Shown here: piece after piece, positions 9,492 to 18,103 of the stretch
How positions within the stretch are numbered: position 1 is the first letter of the stretch
Layout of the letters: each line of letters begins with the position of its first letter
Assembly (NCBI GenBank): GCA_005883295.1
Contig: VAWV01000061.1
Location: forward strand, 1-28,342
Direction of reading: 5' to 3'
From: Actinomycetota bacterium
GTDB taxonomy: Bacteria; Actinomycetota; Thermoleophilia; Solirubrobacterales; Thermoleophilaceae
Length of the DNA: 28,342 nt
The notes under the pieces: model-generated
Told to the model about the DNA's origin: nothing
Seen by the model: the letters and a program-made list of their open reading frames with translations, nothing else
The model's database searches: none
Translations under genes and position numbers: made by a program

Positions 9492-10471
9492 AGGAAGAGG
9501 CTCTTGTGACGCACGCTTCCGGCGGCCAGCGCCGCGAGCTCTGCAGCGTCCACCGCCGCGTGCCCCGGCAGTTCGAGCGCCCTTCGGAGCTGGCTGCGCG
9601 GATAGGGGTGAACCGGATCGAGCAGCGTGCGCAGGTACGGGGCGGCCAGAAGCGCCGCTCCCGGGCGCCGCCCCATGGCGGCCATGCCACCGATCGCCAG
9701 GAGGAGCCAGCCGTGGCGTGCCCGCCACAGGCGCCCACCCAAGGGAAAGCGGCGGCGCAGCTCTTCGTGCCGCCCGACGACCGCCGGGAGGTCACGCCAT
9801 TTCCACGAAAGCCTGGCCATACCGACCGCGGTGAAGGACTCGACGGCGTGGTTCACGACAGCGTCGCGTGCGCCCACATGGGCCGCCCCGGCGGCACGCG
9901 CCCGCCAGAGCAGGTCCGCGTCCTCGCCGGAGCTCGCCAGGAGCTCGTCGAAGCCGCCCATCTGCTCGAGCACCTCCCGCGGATAGAGGATGTTGCACGT
10001 CTGGCCGAACGGGCCGGGCGGGTCGACCACGATCGTCCTGTGGTGGGGAGCAGCCAGCACATCGGCCTCGAACGGGTCGGCCCGTGTGGCTCCCTGGACG
10101 ATCGCGCCGGGATTGGCGCGTGACGCCGCGAGCAGGGCCTCGAGCCAGTCGGGCTCGGGCCGGCAGTCGTCGTCGGTGAAGGCAACGCATGGGCCGCTCG
10201 CCATGCGCCAGCCGACGTTGCGCTGCCTCGGAGCGGGCCCCGATCCAGGCGGCAGACGCCGTTCTCGGAGCGACACCCGCTTCGCGAGCGGATGTTCGCG
10301 GAGCAGGCTGACCGTGTCTTCCGACCGCGAATCGTGCACCACGATCAGCTCCCAGCGGTCGGGTGGGATGGTCTGCTCCTCGAGCGCGTTCAGCAGCCAT
10401 AGAAGCCGCAGCGGGCGCTCGTGCGAGGGGACGACGACGCTCACCTCAGATCTCATCGCGGGCGGAATCAT
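9488..10471 (-). CDS. Glycosyltransferase family 2
   Basis: VSVVVPSHER, LIVVHD, QRNVGW, AFTDDDC (DxD), GGFDE, GEDADL. Start may be ATG 10471 or 10456. Confidence 0.88.
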   Translation of the reverse strand: MIPPAMRSEVSVVVPSHERPLRLLWLLNALEEQTIPPDRWELIVVHDSRSEDTVSLLREHPLAKRVSLRERRLPPGSGPAPRQRNVGWRMASGPCVAFTDDDCRPEPDWLEALLAASRANPGAIVQGATRADPFEADVLAAPHHRTIVVDPPGPFGQTCNILYPREVLEQMGGFDELLASSGEDADLLWRARAAGAAHVGARDAVVNHAVESFTAVGMARLSWKWRDLPAVVGRHEELRRRFPLGGRLWRARHGWLLLAIGGMAAMGRRPGAALLAAPYLRTLLDPVHPYPRSQLRRALELPGHAAVDAAELAALAAGSVRHKSLFL

Positions 10472-10546
10472 GGCCGCGGACAGCTCCTGAGCGCGCCGCC
10501 GGTTATCTGCGCCCACGCGACGACTGAGTTGCAACCCTATGCCGCA

Positions 10547-12355
10547 ATGGACCGGTCGCACACGTCGGGCGCGTGGATGGCGCGTGCGACGGGGCCGGGC
10601 GCCGCCATCCTTCTCGCGCTCCCTTTCTACGCCACCTTCATCGGTCGCAGCGCGTTCCGGATCGATGGGAAGCGCTACTACTCACTGTTCGACGACGCGA
10701 TGATCTCGATGCGGTACGGCGAGAACCTCGCGCATGGGCATGGACTCGTCTGGAACGTGACCGGGCACGCCGTCGAGGGCTACAGCAACCTGCTCTGGAC
10801 GCTGTGGATGGCGTTTCTGCACGTGCTCCCGATCCCGAGCGCGGACACGTCCCTGGCCGTGATGATCACCGCGGTCGCGATCCTCTGTGCAACGGTCTGG
10901 GTGGTCCACGCGGTCGCGCTCGAGCTCGCGCCGGGGACCCCTGGCGTCGCGTTCGTCTCCGCGCTTCTCACGGCCTTCCTGTATCCGCTCGTGTACTGGT
11001 CCCTGCGGGGGATGGAGGTCAGCCTCGTGGCCCTGGTCGTCACATGGTCGGTGCTTGTCGCGGTGAGGCTGCAGCGAGGCTTCACCGCGCGGCGGCTGGC
11101 GCTCCTGGCCTTCCTCATGGCCGTCGGCGTTCTCATCCGTGACGACGTGGTGGTCCCATGCGTCGTCATCGCCGCGTACGCCGCGCTCACGGCCGATCCG
11201 GACCGGCGGCGCCGTGTCGCGCTCGTGCTGGGCGGAACGATACTCGCCACGGTCGCCGCACACACGGGGATGCGACTGCTGATCTATCACCAGGCGCTGG
11301 CGAACACCTACTACCTCAAGGTGGGCAACGTCCCGCTTGGTGTGCGCCTCGGGCGCGGGGCGACGGCTCTGCTCCACAGCCTGGGTACAGGGCTTTACGC
11401 GCCCCTGGCGCTCGCGGCCGCCTATCTCGTGACCAACCGTGAGCGCCCGTTGCGCCCCCAGCACCTGATCCTCGCGATCTTCGCGGCGGTCTGCGCCTAC
11501 TCCGTCTACGTGGGAGGCGATGCGTGGGAGTCGAATGAGATACCCAACCGCTATCTGACCCCGACCCTCCCGCTCCTGTTCGCCCTGGCCGCCGCAGGAG
11601 CCTGGTCGGTGGTGCGGGCACCCGGGCGCATGCGGCTCCGCGTGTTCCTGAGCCTCGCCGTGATCACCGTGATTGCCACGGTGGCGACGCGGCACTGGTA
11701 TCCGATCAGCCTGCAGATCGTCCAGCCTCCGACCACCTACGAGAACCGGCAACTCGCCGTGGCAGCCCTGTTCGCCACGTGCGGCGTGTTCCTGTGGCTT
11801 GGTCCGCGGCCGCCCGTCTGGCTCGCCTCGCGCCAGGGCTTCGGCGCGGCCGCCGCGGCCGTCCTCGCCTTGGTGGTGGTTCAGGTCGTGCCGGTCAGCC
11901 GCTGGATCGACGCGAACGCATCGGGGCTCGTCATCGACCAGCAGCTGTCGAGGGAGGGCGTCCTGTACAGGCAGACGACGACCCCGGGCACGTCGGTGGC
12001 AACCACATCAGCCGGAGCGATGGGTTACTTCTCCCGCCGCCCGGTCGTGGACCTGTTGGGCAAGATGGACCCCGTAGTGGCGCGCGGCCGGCAGCGCGCG
12101 AAGGAGTACCGCCCAGGCCATGACAGGTGGAACTACGACTACAGCATCGGGAAGCTCCGGCCACCCGTCGTAGCGGGGTTCCTGCACGTGACGGCGCATG
12201 AGCTGTGCGAGATCCGCGCGTGGGGCTACCGCGAGATCGCGTACCACTTCTACCTCCGCGACGGCTATCGCGGCGTGGACGTGCCGCGGCTCGGTCGGGG
12301 GATTCGCCGGCTGTTCGGGGGCCGCCCGGCCGGCTGGCCGCCGCAGTGCAGCTGA
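10547..12355 (+). CDS. GT-C fold membrane glycosyltransferase (AftB/ArnT/PMT-like)
   Basis: FDDAMISMRYGENLAHGHGLVWN...VEGYSNLLW first-loop signature, many hydrophobic helices, LRGME, PNTYY-like ANTYYLK, C-terminal AGAMGYFS...VDLLG. Start 10547 or 10577. Confidence 0.72.
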   Translation: MDRSHTSGAWMARATGPGAAILLALPFYATFIGRSAFRIDGKRYYSLFDDAMISMRYGENLAHGHGLVWNVTGHAVEGYSNLLWTLWMAFLHVLPIPSADTSLAVMITAVAILCATVWVVHAVALELAPGTPGVAFVSALLTAFLYPLVYWSLRGMEVSLVALVVTWSVLVAVRLQRGFTARRLALLAFLMAVGVLIRDDVVVPCVVIAAYAALTADPDRRRRVALVLGGTILATVAAHTGMRLLIYHQALANTYYLKVGNVPLGVRLGRGATALLHSLGTGLYAPLALAAAYLVTNRERPLRPQHLILAIFAAVCAYSVYVGGDAWESNEIPNRYLTPTLPLLFALAAAGAWSVVRAPGRMRLRVFLSLAVITVIATVATRHWYPISLQIVQPPTTYENRQLAVAALFATCGVFLWLGPRPPVWLASRQGFGAAAAAVLALVVVQVVPVSRWIDANASGLVIDQQLSREGVLYRQTTTPGTSVATTSAGAMGYFSRRPVVDLLGKMDPVVARGRQRAKEYRPGHDRWNYDYSIGKLRPPVVAGFLHVTAHELCEIRAWGYREIAYHFYLRDGYRGVDVPRLGRGIRRLFGGRPAGWPPQCS

Positions 12356-12357
12356 GC

Positions 12358-13359
12358 TCACGCGTCGGCGTCGAGCGGAAGGAGCGCCCGAGCCGCACGC
12401 TCGTCGGCGGCGAGGATCGTGCGCCGCGAGCGCAGGCCCTCACGGTGCACGCTCATCCAGAAGCGCGCGCGCTGGGTGCGGCGCGCCAAGCGACCGGGAA
12501 GCACGCGGGCCAGCGGCGCAAGCAGGGCGCGCCGTAACGCCAGCGTGGCGTACGAGACGCCGGCCGTCGCCCATGTCACGGCGAGCCCTCGCCGCTTGAC
12601 CATCCACGCGTAGGTCGCGGCCATCCGCGTCGCGGTTCGCGCGTCCCCGAACGTGGCGAGGGTCGCGGCGCCGCCGTGGTGAATGACCCGGGCCGCCGGC
12701 TCGTACCAGACCGACCATCCGCGCGTGCGAAGCCGCCAGGCGAGGTCCAGGTCGTCGGCGTACATCCAGAGATCACGGCCGAAGCCGCCAACGGAGTCGA
12801 ACGCCTCCCGGCGGATGAGGACGAATGCGGCGAACGCCCATGGCACCTTCCGAGGGCGCTCGGGATCCCAGTAGCCCTCAAGGCACAGGCGCTCGCCGAG
12901 GCGCCGGCTGAGCCGCTGGAGCCCCAGGTGGTGGGCGGCGGTGACCAGGAAGGTCGGGAACGAATAGACGGTGTGCTGCGTGGACCCGTCCGGGAGCACG
13001 AGGCGGGGCGCGATTATCGCCGCCTCGGGGTGCCGCTCCGCCGCCTCGAGGAGCGTCTCGAGGGCTCCCGGCGTCAGCTCGATGTCCTCGTTGGCGGTGG
13101 CGAACCACTGGCCGCTCGTTCGGTCGGCAGCCAGGTTGGCCGCCTGCGGAAAGCCGAGGTTCTCGGGCGACGCCACCAGGTGCACCCAAGGGAACTCGCG
13201 CTCGACCATCTCCGGCGAGCCGTCTGCCGAGGCGTTGTCGACTACCCATGCCTCCGCGAGCCCTGCGTTCACCTCCGGCTCGATCGAGCGGAGGCATGCC
13301 GCCAGGAGATCGTGCGCGTTCGTGTTCACGACCGCGATGGTGACCGGGGCTTCGCCCAC
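12358..13359 (-). CDS. Glycosyltransferase family 2 (WbbL-like rhamnosyltransferase group)
   Basis: VDNASADGS, SPENLGF..AAN, NEDI, MYADDLDLAWR, VWYEPAARVIHHGGA. Confidence 0.87.
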   Translation of the reverse strand: MGEAPVTIAVVNTNAHDLLAACLRSIEPEVNAGLAEAWVVDNASADGSPEMVEREFPWVHLVASPENLGFPQAANLAADRTSGQWFATANEDIELTPGALETLLEAAERHPEAAIIAPRLVLPDGSTQHTVYSFPTFLVTAAHHLGLQRLSRRLGERLCLEGYWDPERPRKVPWAFAAFVLIRREAFDSVGGFGRDLWMYADDLDLAWRLRTRGWSVWYEPAARVIHHGGAATLATFGDARTATRMAATYAWMVKRRGLAVTWATAGVSYATLALRRALLAPLARVLPGRLARRTQRARFWMSVHREGLRSRRTILAADERAARALLPLDADA

Positions 13360-13365
13360 GCAGTA

Positions 13366-13371
13366 AGCCTA
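13366..13371 (-). promoter_or_regulatory. Putative -10 (TAGGCT), leaderless GT2 transcript
   Basis: TAnnnT 6 nt upstream of GTG 13359. Confidence 0.5.
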
Positions 13372-13436
13372 GGTGCGCTCGAGTCGCGGTCGAGGCGGCG
13401 GATCCGGGGGTCCGACGCTGGTACCTTGGCCGCGCG

Positions 13437-14255
13437 ATGACCGCCGAGGCCCCGGCAGGCGACCAGCTCGCGGACCGGGTCGCGGGCATCAACTGGTACC
13501 ACTCCATCGAGCTCGCCCCCGGCGTCCTGACACCCGGATGGTTCGACACTCGCGCCATCGCACCGCGGCTCCCGATGCCGGCCGACCTCTCCGGCAGGCG
13601 CTGCCTCGATGTCGGTACGTTCGACGGCTTCTGGGCGTTCGAGATGGAGCGCCGCGGCGCGGCCGAGGTGGTGGCCCTCGACATCCCGGACCCGGATCTC
13701 TGGGACTGGCCTGCGAACACGGATCCCGATGCTCGCGAGGAGATCTCATCGCGCCGTCCGGGCGAGGGCTTCGCGCTCGCGCACGCCGCCCTCGGCTCCG
13801 CCGTCAACCGGCTCGAACGGAGCGTCTACGACCTCGACGCCGGCAAACTCGGGACCTTCGACTACGTCTACCTGGGCAGCCTCCTTCTCCACCTGCGTGA
13901 CCCCGTGCGGGCCCTCGAGCGCGTCCACGACGTCTGCCGCGGCGAGCTTCTCCTCGTGGAGACGATCGACCTGCCGCTGACGCTGATGATGCCCGGTCGG
14001 CCGGCCGCGACCCTCGACCTCCGCGGCCGGCCCTGGTGGTGGACCGCGAACACCGCCGGGGTCGTTCGGATGCTCGAGGCCGCACGATTCGCGCCGCTCG
14101 GAAGGCCCCGCCGGATCTACATGCCCGCCGGGCGGGGGCAGGAGGTCCCGCCGCTGTCGATACGCCGGCTCCTGCATCCGCAGGGACCGAAGCTCGCCCT
14201 GCTCGCGCTGAAGGGTGATCCGCACGTCGCCGTACGGGCCCGGCCACTGGCCTGA
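13437..14255 (+). CDS. Class I SAM-dependent methyltransferase (CmoB/DUF1698-like group), paralog A
   Basis: WYHSIEL..G..TPG, CLDVGTFDGFWAFEMERRGA, FDYVYLGSLLLHLRDP. Confidence 0.8.
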   Translation: MTAEAPAGDQLADRVAGINWYHSIELAPGVLTPGWFDTRAIAPRLPMPADLSGRRCLDVGTFDGFWAFEMERRGAAEVVALDIPDPDLWDWPANTDPDAREEISSRRPGEGFALAHAALGSAVNRLERSVYDLDAGKLGTFDYVYLGSLLLHLRDPVRALERVHDVCRGELLLVETIDLPLTLMMPGRPAATLDLRGRPWWWTANTAGVVRMLEAARFAPLGRPRRIYMPAGRGQEVPPLSIRRLLHPQGPKLALLALKGDPHVAVRARPLA

Positions 14256-14256
14256 G

Positions 14257-15201
14257 ATGGCGCCGCGGATCAGCGTCGTGATACCAACGCTGGCGCGGCA
14301 CGACCGGCTGGCGCTCGCGCTCGATCGGCTCGAGGGCCAGGCCGGCGGCCACGAGCTCGAGGTCGTGGTGGTCGAGGACGCGGACGCCGTCGAAGGCAAT
14401 CGCGTGAGCGCCGCGATCGCGGGCCGGCCATACGCCGTGCGCAGCCTGAGAGCCACGCTCGCGGGCGCCTCCGCCGCCCGCAACGTGGGCTGGCGGGCGG
14501 TGGAGGCAGACCTCATCCTCTTCATCGGCGACGACATCCTCGCCTCACCGCACCTGGTCGACGAGCACCTGGCGTGGCACCACCGCCATGCCGCGCCCGA
14601 GATCGGGGTGCTCGGTCACGTGCACTGGGCGCGCGAGCCCCGGCCGACCACCTTCATGCGCTGGCTCGAGCGCGGAATCCAGACGGACTACGGCTCGATC
14701 AAGGGGCAGCAGGCCGGGTGGTGGCACCTCTATACGACGAATGTGTCTTTGAAGCGGGGCATGCTCGAGCGGGTGGACGGGTTCGACGAATCCCAGCCCT
14801 TCCTGTACGAGGACCTCGACCTGGGGAAGCGGATGGCCGAGCACGGCTTCTCGCTCCTCTACAACGCCGACGCCTGGGCCGAGCACCTCCACCCCACGAC
14901 ACTCGACGACTGGCGCCGCCGGATGGCGATGGTGGCTCGCGCCGAACACCGCTTCGTGGCGCGCCACCCGGAGCTCGAGCCCTACTTCCACCGCATGTTC
15001 AGCGAGGCGGCAGAGGCGCCCCGCGCCCGCGGGCTTGCCGCGCGGCTCGCCCCACTGGTCCCTCAGGACACACCGCGACTCGGGCGGCGGGTCTGGGAGA
15101 GCGTGGACCGCAAGTACCGCCAGGCGCTCGCCCCGGACTTCCTGCGCGCCTGGGACGAGGCCGCCGCCGAACTGCGGTACGAGCTACCCGGGCGCTCCTG
15201 A
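14257..15201 (+). CDS. Glycosyltransferase family 2
   Basis: ISVVIPTLAR, AARNVGW, LFIGDD, NVSLKR, GFDE, YEDLDLG. Starts 1 nt after the methyltransferase stop. Confidence 0.88.
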   Translation: MAPRISVVIPTLARHDRLALALDRLEGQAGGHELEVVVVEDADAVEGNRVSAAIAGRPYAVRSLRATLAGASAARNVGWRAVEADLILFIGDDILASPHLVDEHLAWHHRHAAPEIGVLGHVHWAREPRPTTFMRWLERGIQTDYGSIKGQQAGWWHLYTTNVSLKRGMLERVDGFDESQPFLYEDLDLGKRMAEHGFSLLYNADAWAEHLHPTTLDDWRRRMAMVARAEHRFVARHPELEPYFHRMFSEAAEAPRARGLAARLAPLVPQDTPRLGRRVWESVDRKYRQALAPDFLRAWDEAAAELRYELPGRS

Positions 15202-16713
15202 ACCTCGCGCGCGCTCCGTCAGCTGCTGGCGATCCACCTTGCCGGTCGAGGTGCGCGGGAGAGAGCTCTCGATGAGTACGTCTCCCGGAACCATGTACCG
15301 CGGCAGCGCGCTCGCCGAGTGCCGCTTCAGCTCGGTCGGGCTCAGCTCCTCGTCGGACGCCACGTACGCGACCAGCCGGTGCCCGATACGCTCGTCGGGA
15401 ACCGCCACGACCGCGGCCTCGGCCACGGCGGGGTGGGCGTGCAGGACAGCCTCGATCTCACCGAGCTCGATGCGGTACCCACGGCTCTTGACCTGGTGGT
15501 CGCGGCGACCGAGGAACTCGTACTCGTCGGCCGGCAACCGGCGGACGAGGTCCCCGGTGCGGTACGCGGGATCGGGATAGCGGTCGTGCAGCGGGTTCTG
15601 GCGAAGCCGCTGGCCTGTCAGTGCGGGATCGCCCCAGTAGCCCTTCATGACAGTGGGGCCCCGGACCCACAGCTCTCCGACCTCGTCCTCTTGCACGGGC
15701 CTGAGGTCGTCGTCGAGCGCGAACACCTCCTGGTTCTCGCACGAGCGCCCGATTGGAAGCGGCGCGTCGTCGGACGACAGTTGCTCGGGGACGACGTGAT
15801 ACGTGCAGACGTTCGTCTCTGTGGGTCCGTACAGGTTCGCGAGGACGGCTTGCGGTACCAGCGCGCGTAGCACGCGCAGGTGCTTCATCGGGAACACCTC
15901 GCCCGCGAACAGCACGATCCTGAGCGCGGAGAGGTCGGCCTCGCTCGCGGCCCTCGGGAGCAGCATGAGGGCCGATGGCACCGAGTACCACACGGTGATC
16001 CCGTGGCGCCTGATCGCGGCGACCATACTCGCCGCCAGTGCCTCCTCGCCGGCCGCCAGGAGGTGGAGGCTCGCGCCCGCCATGGCGGCGCCGTAGAGGT
16101 CGAAGATCGAGAGGTCGAAGTGGAGCGGGGCGTGGCTCGACAGCCGGTCGTCCGAGCGGACCCCGAACCGGCTCACCGCCCACTCCACGAACGACAGCCC
16201 GTTGCGGTGCGTGAGCATCACGCCCTTCGGCCTTCCGGTGGAGCCCGACGTGTAGAGGATGTACGCGAGGTCGGACTCGCAAGCCCTGGACGCGTGAACG
16301 GGATCAAGCCCGCTCACGTCCTCATCAATGTCCAGCGCGGGCGCGCCCTTCGCGCGGATCGCGTCCAGGCGCTCGCCGTCGGCACACACGAGCCGGCACC
16401 CCGCGTCATCGATCATCGTCAGGGCGCGCACCTGCGGACTGCGCGGATCGAGCGGGACGTACGCCGCGCCCGCGCGCATGATCGCGTAGAGCATCGTGAT
16501 CGAGCGAGCGGACTTCGGAGCCCAGACGCCGACGCGGTCACCGCGACGAACCCCGAGCTCCTCGAGCGCAGCGGCCGTCTTCGCCACCGCGAGCTCGAGC
16601 TGCGCGTAGCTCAGCGTGGACTCTGAATCCTGCATCGCCATCCGGTCGCCGCCCGCGTCGGCCGCCAGCGCCACAAGACGGTCGAGGGTGAAGGCGCCCG
16701 CGGCAGGCGTCAC
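15184..16713 (-). CDS. Stand-alone amino-acid adenylation enzyme (type II NRPS A domain; predicted L-proline--carrier protein ligase)
   Basis: Core motifs LSYAQL, AYVPLD, LAYILYTSGSTGRPKG, HFDLS, NLYGPTE, YRTGDL, GRRDHQVKSRGYRIELGEIE, LPRTSTGKVDR. No C or T domain fused. Pocket residues read by eye: DLFYLALVCK. Confidence 0.85.
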   Translation of the reverse strand: MTPAAGAFTLDRLVALAADAGGDRMAMQDSESTLSYAQLELAVAKTAAALEELGVRRGDRVGVWAPKSARSITMLYAIMRAGAAYVPLDPRSPQVRALTMIDDAGCRLVCADGERLDAIRAKGAPALDIDEDVSGLDPVHASRACESDLAYILYTSGSTGRPKGVMLTHRNGLSFVEWAVSRFGVRSDDRLSSHAPLHFDLSIFDLYGAAMAGASLHLLAAGEEALAASMVAAIRRHGITVWYSVPSALMLLPRAASEADLSALRIVLFAGEVFPMKHLRVLRALVPQAVLANLYGPTETNVCTYHVVPEQLSSDDAPLPIGRSCENQEVFALDDDLRPVQEDEVGELWVRGPTVMKGYWGDPALTGQRLRQNPLHDRYPDPAYRTGDLVRRLPADEYEFLGRRDHQVKSRGYRIELGEIEAVLHAHPAVAEAAVVAVPDERIGHRLVAYVASDEELSPTELKRHSASALPRYMVPGDVLIESSLPRTSTGKVDRQQLTERARGSGAPG

Positions 16714-17816
16714 AGACCGAGGTCCCGGGCCACTATCCGACGCATCAGCTGCGAGGTCCCGGAATACAGGCGCCCACCCACGGCGTCACGAAGCCGCCGG
16801 CCATCGGACATGTCGAGCGCCGCCCTCAGCACTGTCTCCGACGCGAACAGCTTCACGGCCGCCGCCCTGGAGGCACGGGTCTCGCCGTGGTCGTACGACC
16901 ACGCGGTCTCGTAGAGAAGCGCGCGCGCCGCGTCGAGCGCCACCCGCACGTCAACGAGCACGTCGTTGTTGGGCTCCAGTCCGAACGCGGACCTCTTTGA
17001 ATGGCGAGCGGCGGCGACCTCCTCCTCGAGGGCCCTGTCGAGGGCGCCCAGCTGCGCGGCCATGATCAGCAGGCGCTCCCACTCCATCGACGAGGCGAAC
17101 ACCCGCGCCCCCCGGCCGGGCTTGCCGAGCACCGCCTCCGGTCCCACGTACACGTCGTCCAGCACCAGGTCCGCCATGGGCGAGGTGCGGAGGCCCATCT
17201 TCTCCGTCGGCTCGCCGGTGCTCACTCCGGCAGCGCCGGCCTCCACGAGGAAGGCGCTCACACCAAGCGCCCCTTCGGTCGCTGGGGCGCGCGCGAACAC
17301 GATGTAGAGGCGGGCGACGGGCGTGTTCGTGATGAGCGTCTTGCGGCCGCGCAGCACGTGACCGGCCCCGTCCGGCTCGGCGACGGTACGCAGGGCGAAC
17401 GCATCGCTGCCCGAATCCGGCTCGGTCATGGCGTGGAGACCAACCACCTCCCCGCGCGCCAGGCGAGGGAGGAAGCGCTCGCGCTGATCATCGCTCCCGT
17501 GCCGCCAGAGCGGGACGACCGCGCTCCAGAGGTGTGCGTTGATGGAGAAGACGAGGCCCGCGTCGACGCATCCGTACCCGAGCGCCTCCAGCGCCGCGGC
17601 CGTGGTAACGCGATCGGCGCCCGCCCCGCCGAGCTCCTGCGGCACGGGCAGGCCGCAGAGGCCCTTGGCCGCGCATTTACGCCAACCCTCGTGCCAGAAC
17701 TCGCCGCCCTCCTCGCGGTCGGCGTATCCGGGGTCCGCGAGCTCCTCCAGCGCGAATCGCCGCACGTCATCGACCAAGCCGCGTCGCTCTTCGTCCAGGA
17801 GCGGCGAGTGCACCAA
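16710..17816 (-). CDS. Acyl-CoA/acyl-carrier-protein dehydrogenase, prolyl-PCP dehydrogenase-like (possibly degenerate)
   Basis: FSINAHLW, HAMTEPDSGSDA, GRKTLITN, KMGLRTSPM, SMEWER, RDAVGGRLYSGTS. Start TTG 17816 or GTG 17813. Stop overlaps the A-domain start (GTGA). Confidence 0.8.
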   Translation of the reverse strand: MVHSPLLDEERRGLVDDVRRFALEELADPGYADREEGGEFWHEGWRKCAAKGLCGLPVPQELGGAGADRVTTAAALEALGYGCVDAGLVFSINAHLWSAVVPLWRHGSDDQRERFLPRLARGEVVGLHAMTEPDSGSDAFALRTVAEPDGAGHVLRGRKTLITNTPVARLYIVFARAPATEGALGVSAFLVEAGAAGVSTGEPTEKMGLRTSPMADLVLDDVYVGPEAVLGKPGRGARVFASSMEWERLLIMAAQLGALDRALEEEVAAARHSKRSAFGLEPNNDVLVDVRVALDAARALLYETAWSYDHGETRASRAAAVKLFASETVLRAALDMSDGRRLRDAVGGRLYSGTSQLMRRIVARDLGL

Positions 17817-17822
17817 CCTGAT

Positions 17823-17829
17823 TATCCTA
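17823..17829. promoter_or_regulatory. Overlapping divergent -10 elements (TATCCT on +, TAGGAT on -)
   Basis: TATCCTA reads TAnnnT on both strands; the minus-strand box lies 7 nt upstream of TTG 17816. Confidence 0.45.
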
Positions 17830-17860
17830 CGCGGCCGCCCAAGCCGGACGGGGTACCCCG

Positions 17861-18103
17861 ATCGCCGATATCGAGCCACTCCGCGAGTTCATTCGCAAGC
17901 AGTTCCTCTTCGACGAGAACGCGCAGCTCGACGAAGGCGACCCGCTGTTCCCCGACGTGATCGACTCACTCGGCGTGATGGAGGTCGTCGAGTTCGTGGA
18001 GGAGGCCTACGCGATAAGCATCGACGAGCAGGACCTGCTCGCCGACAACTTCAGGTCCCTCGACGCCATCTCCTCGCTGGTGGATCGCAAGCGTGCCGGT
18101 TGA
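17861..18103 (+). CDS. Acyl/peptidyl carrier protein (about 80 aa; not in ORF track; start codon ATC)
   Basis: Manual translation: (I/M)ADIEPLREFIRKQFLFDENAQLDEGDPLFPDVIDSLGVMEVVEFVEEAYAISIDEQDLLADNFRSLDAISSLVDRKRAG*. Acidic, DSL phosphopantetheine motif, 'DNFRSLDAI' type II carrier tail. Confidence 0.85.
   Translation: MADIEPLREFIRKQFLFDENAQLDEGDPLFPDVIDSLGVMEVVEFVEEAYAISIDEQDLLADNFRSLDAISSLVDRKRAG

Noticed and set aside
15184-18103. dltA/dltC teichoic-acid D-alanylation interpretation
   Set aside because: No dltB/dltD (MBOAT) nearby, an ACAD is coupled, and the pocket code is proline-like.
15184-18103. Aminomalonyl/hydroxymalonyl-ACP (ZmaJ/FkbH-type) extender pathway
   Set aside because: No FkbH or 3-hydroxyacyl dehydrogenase in the window, and the code is not serine-like.
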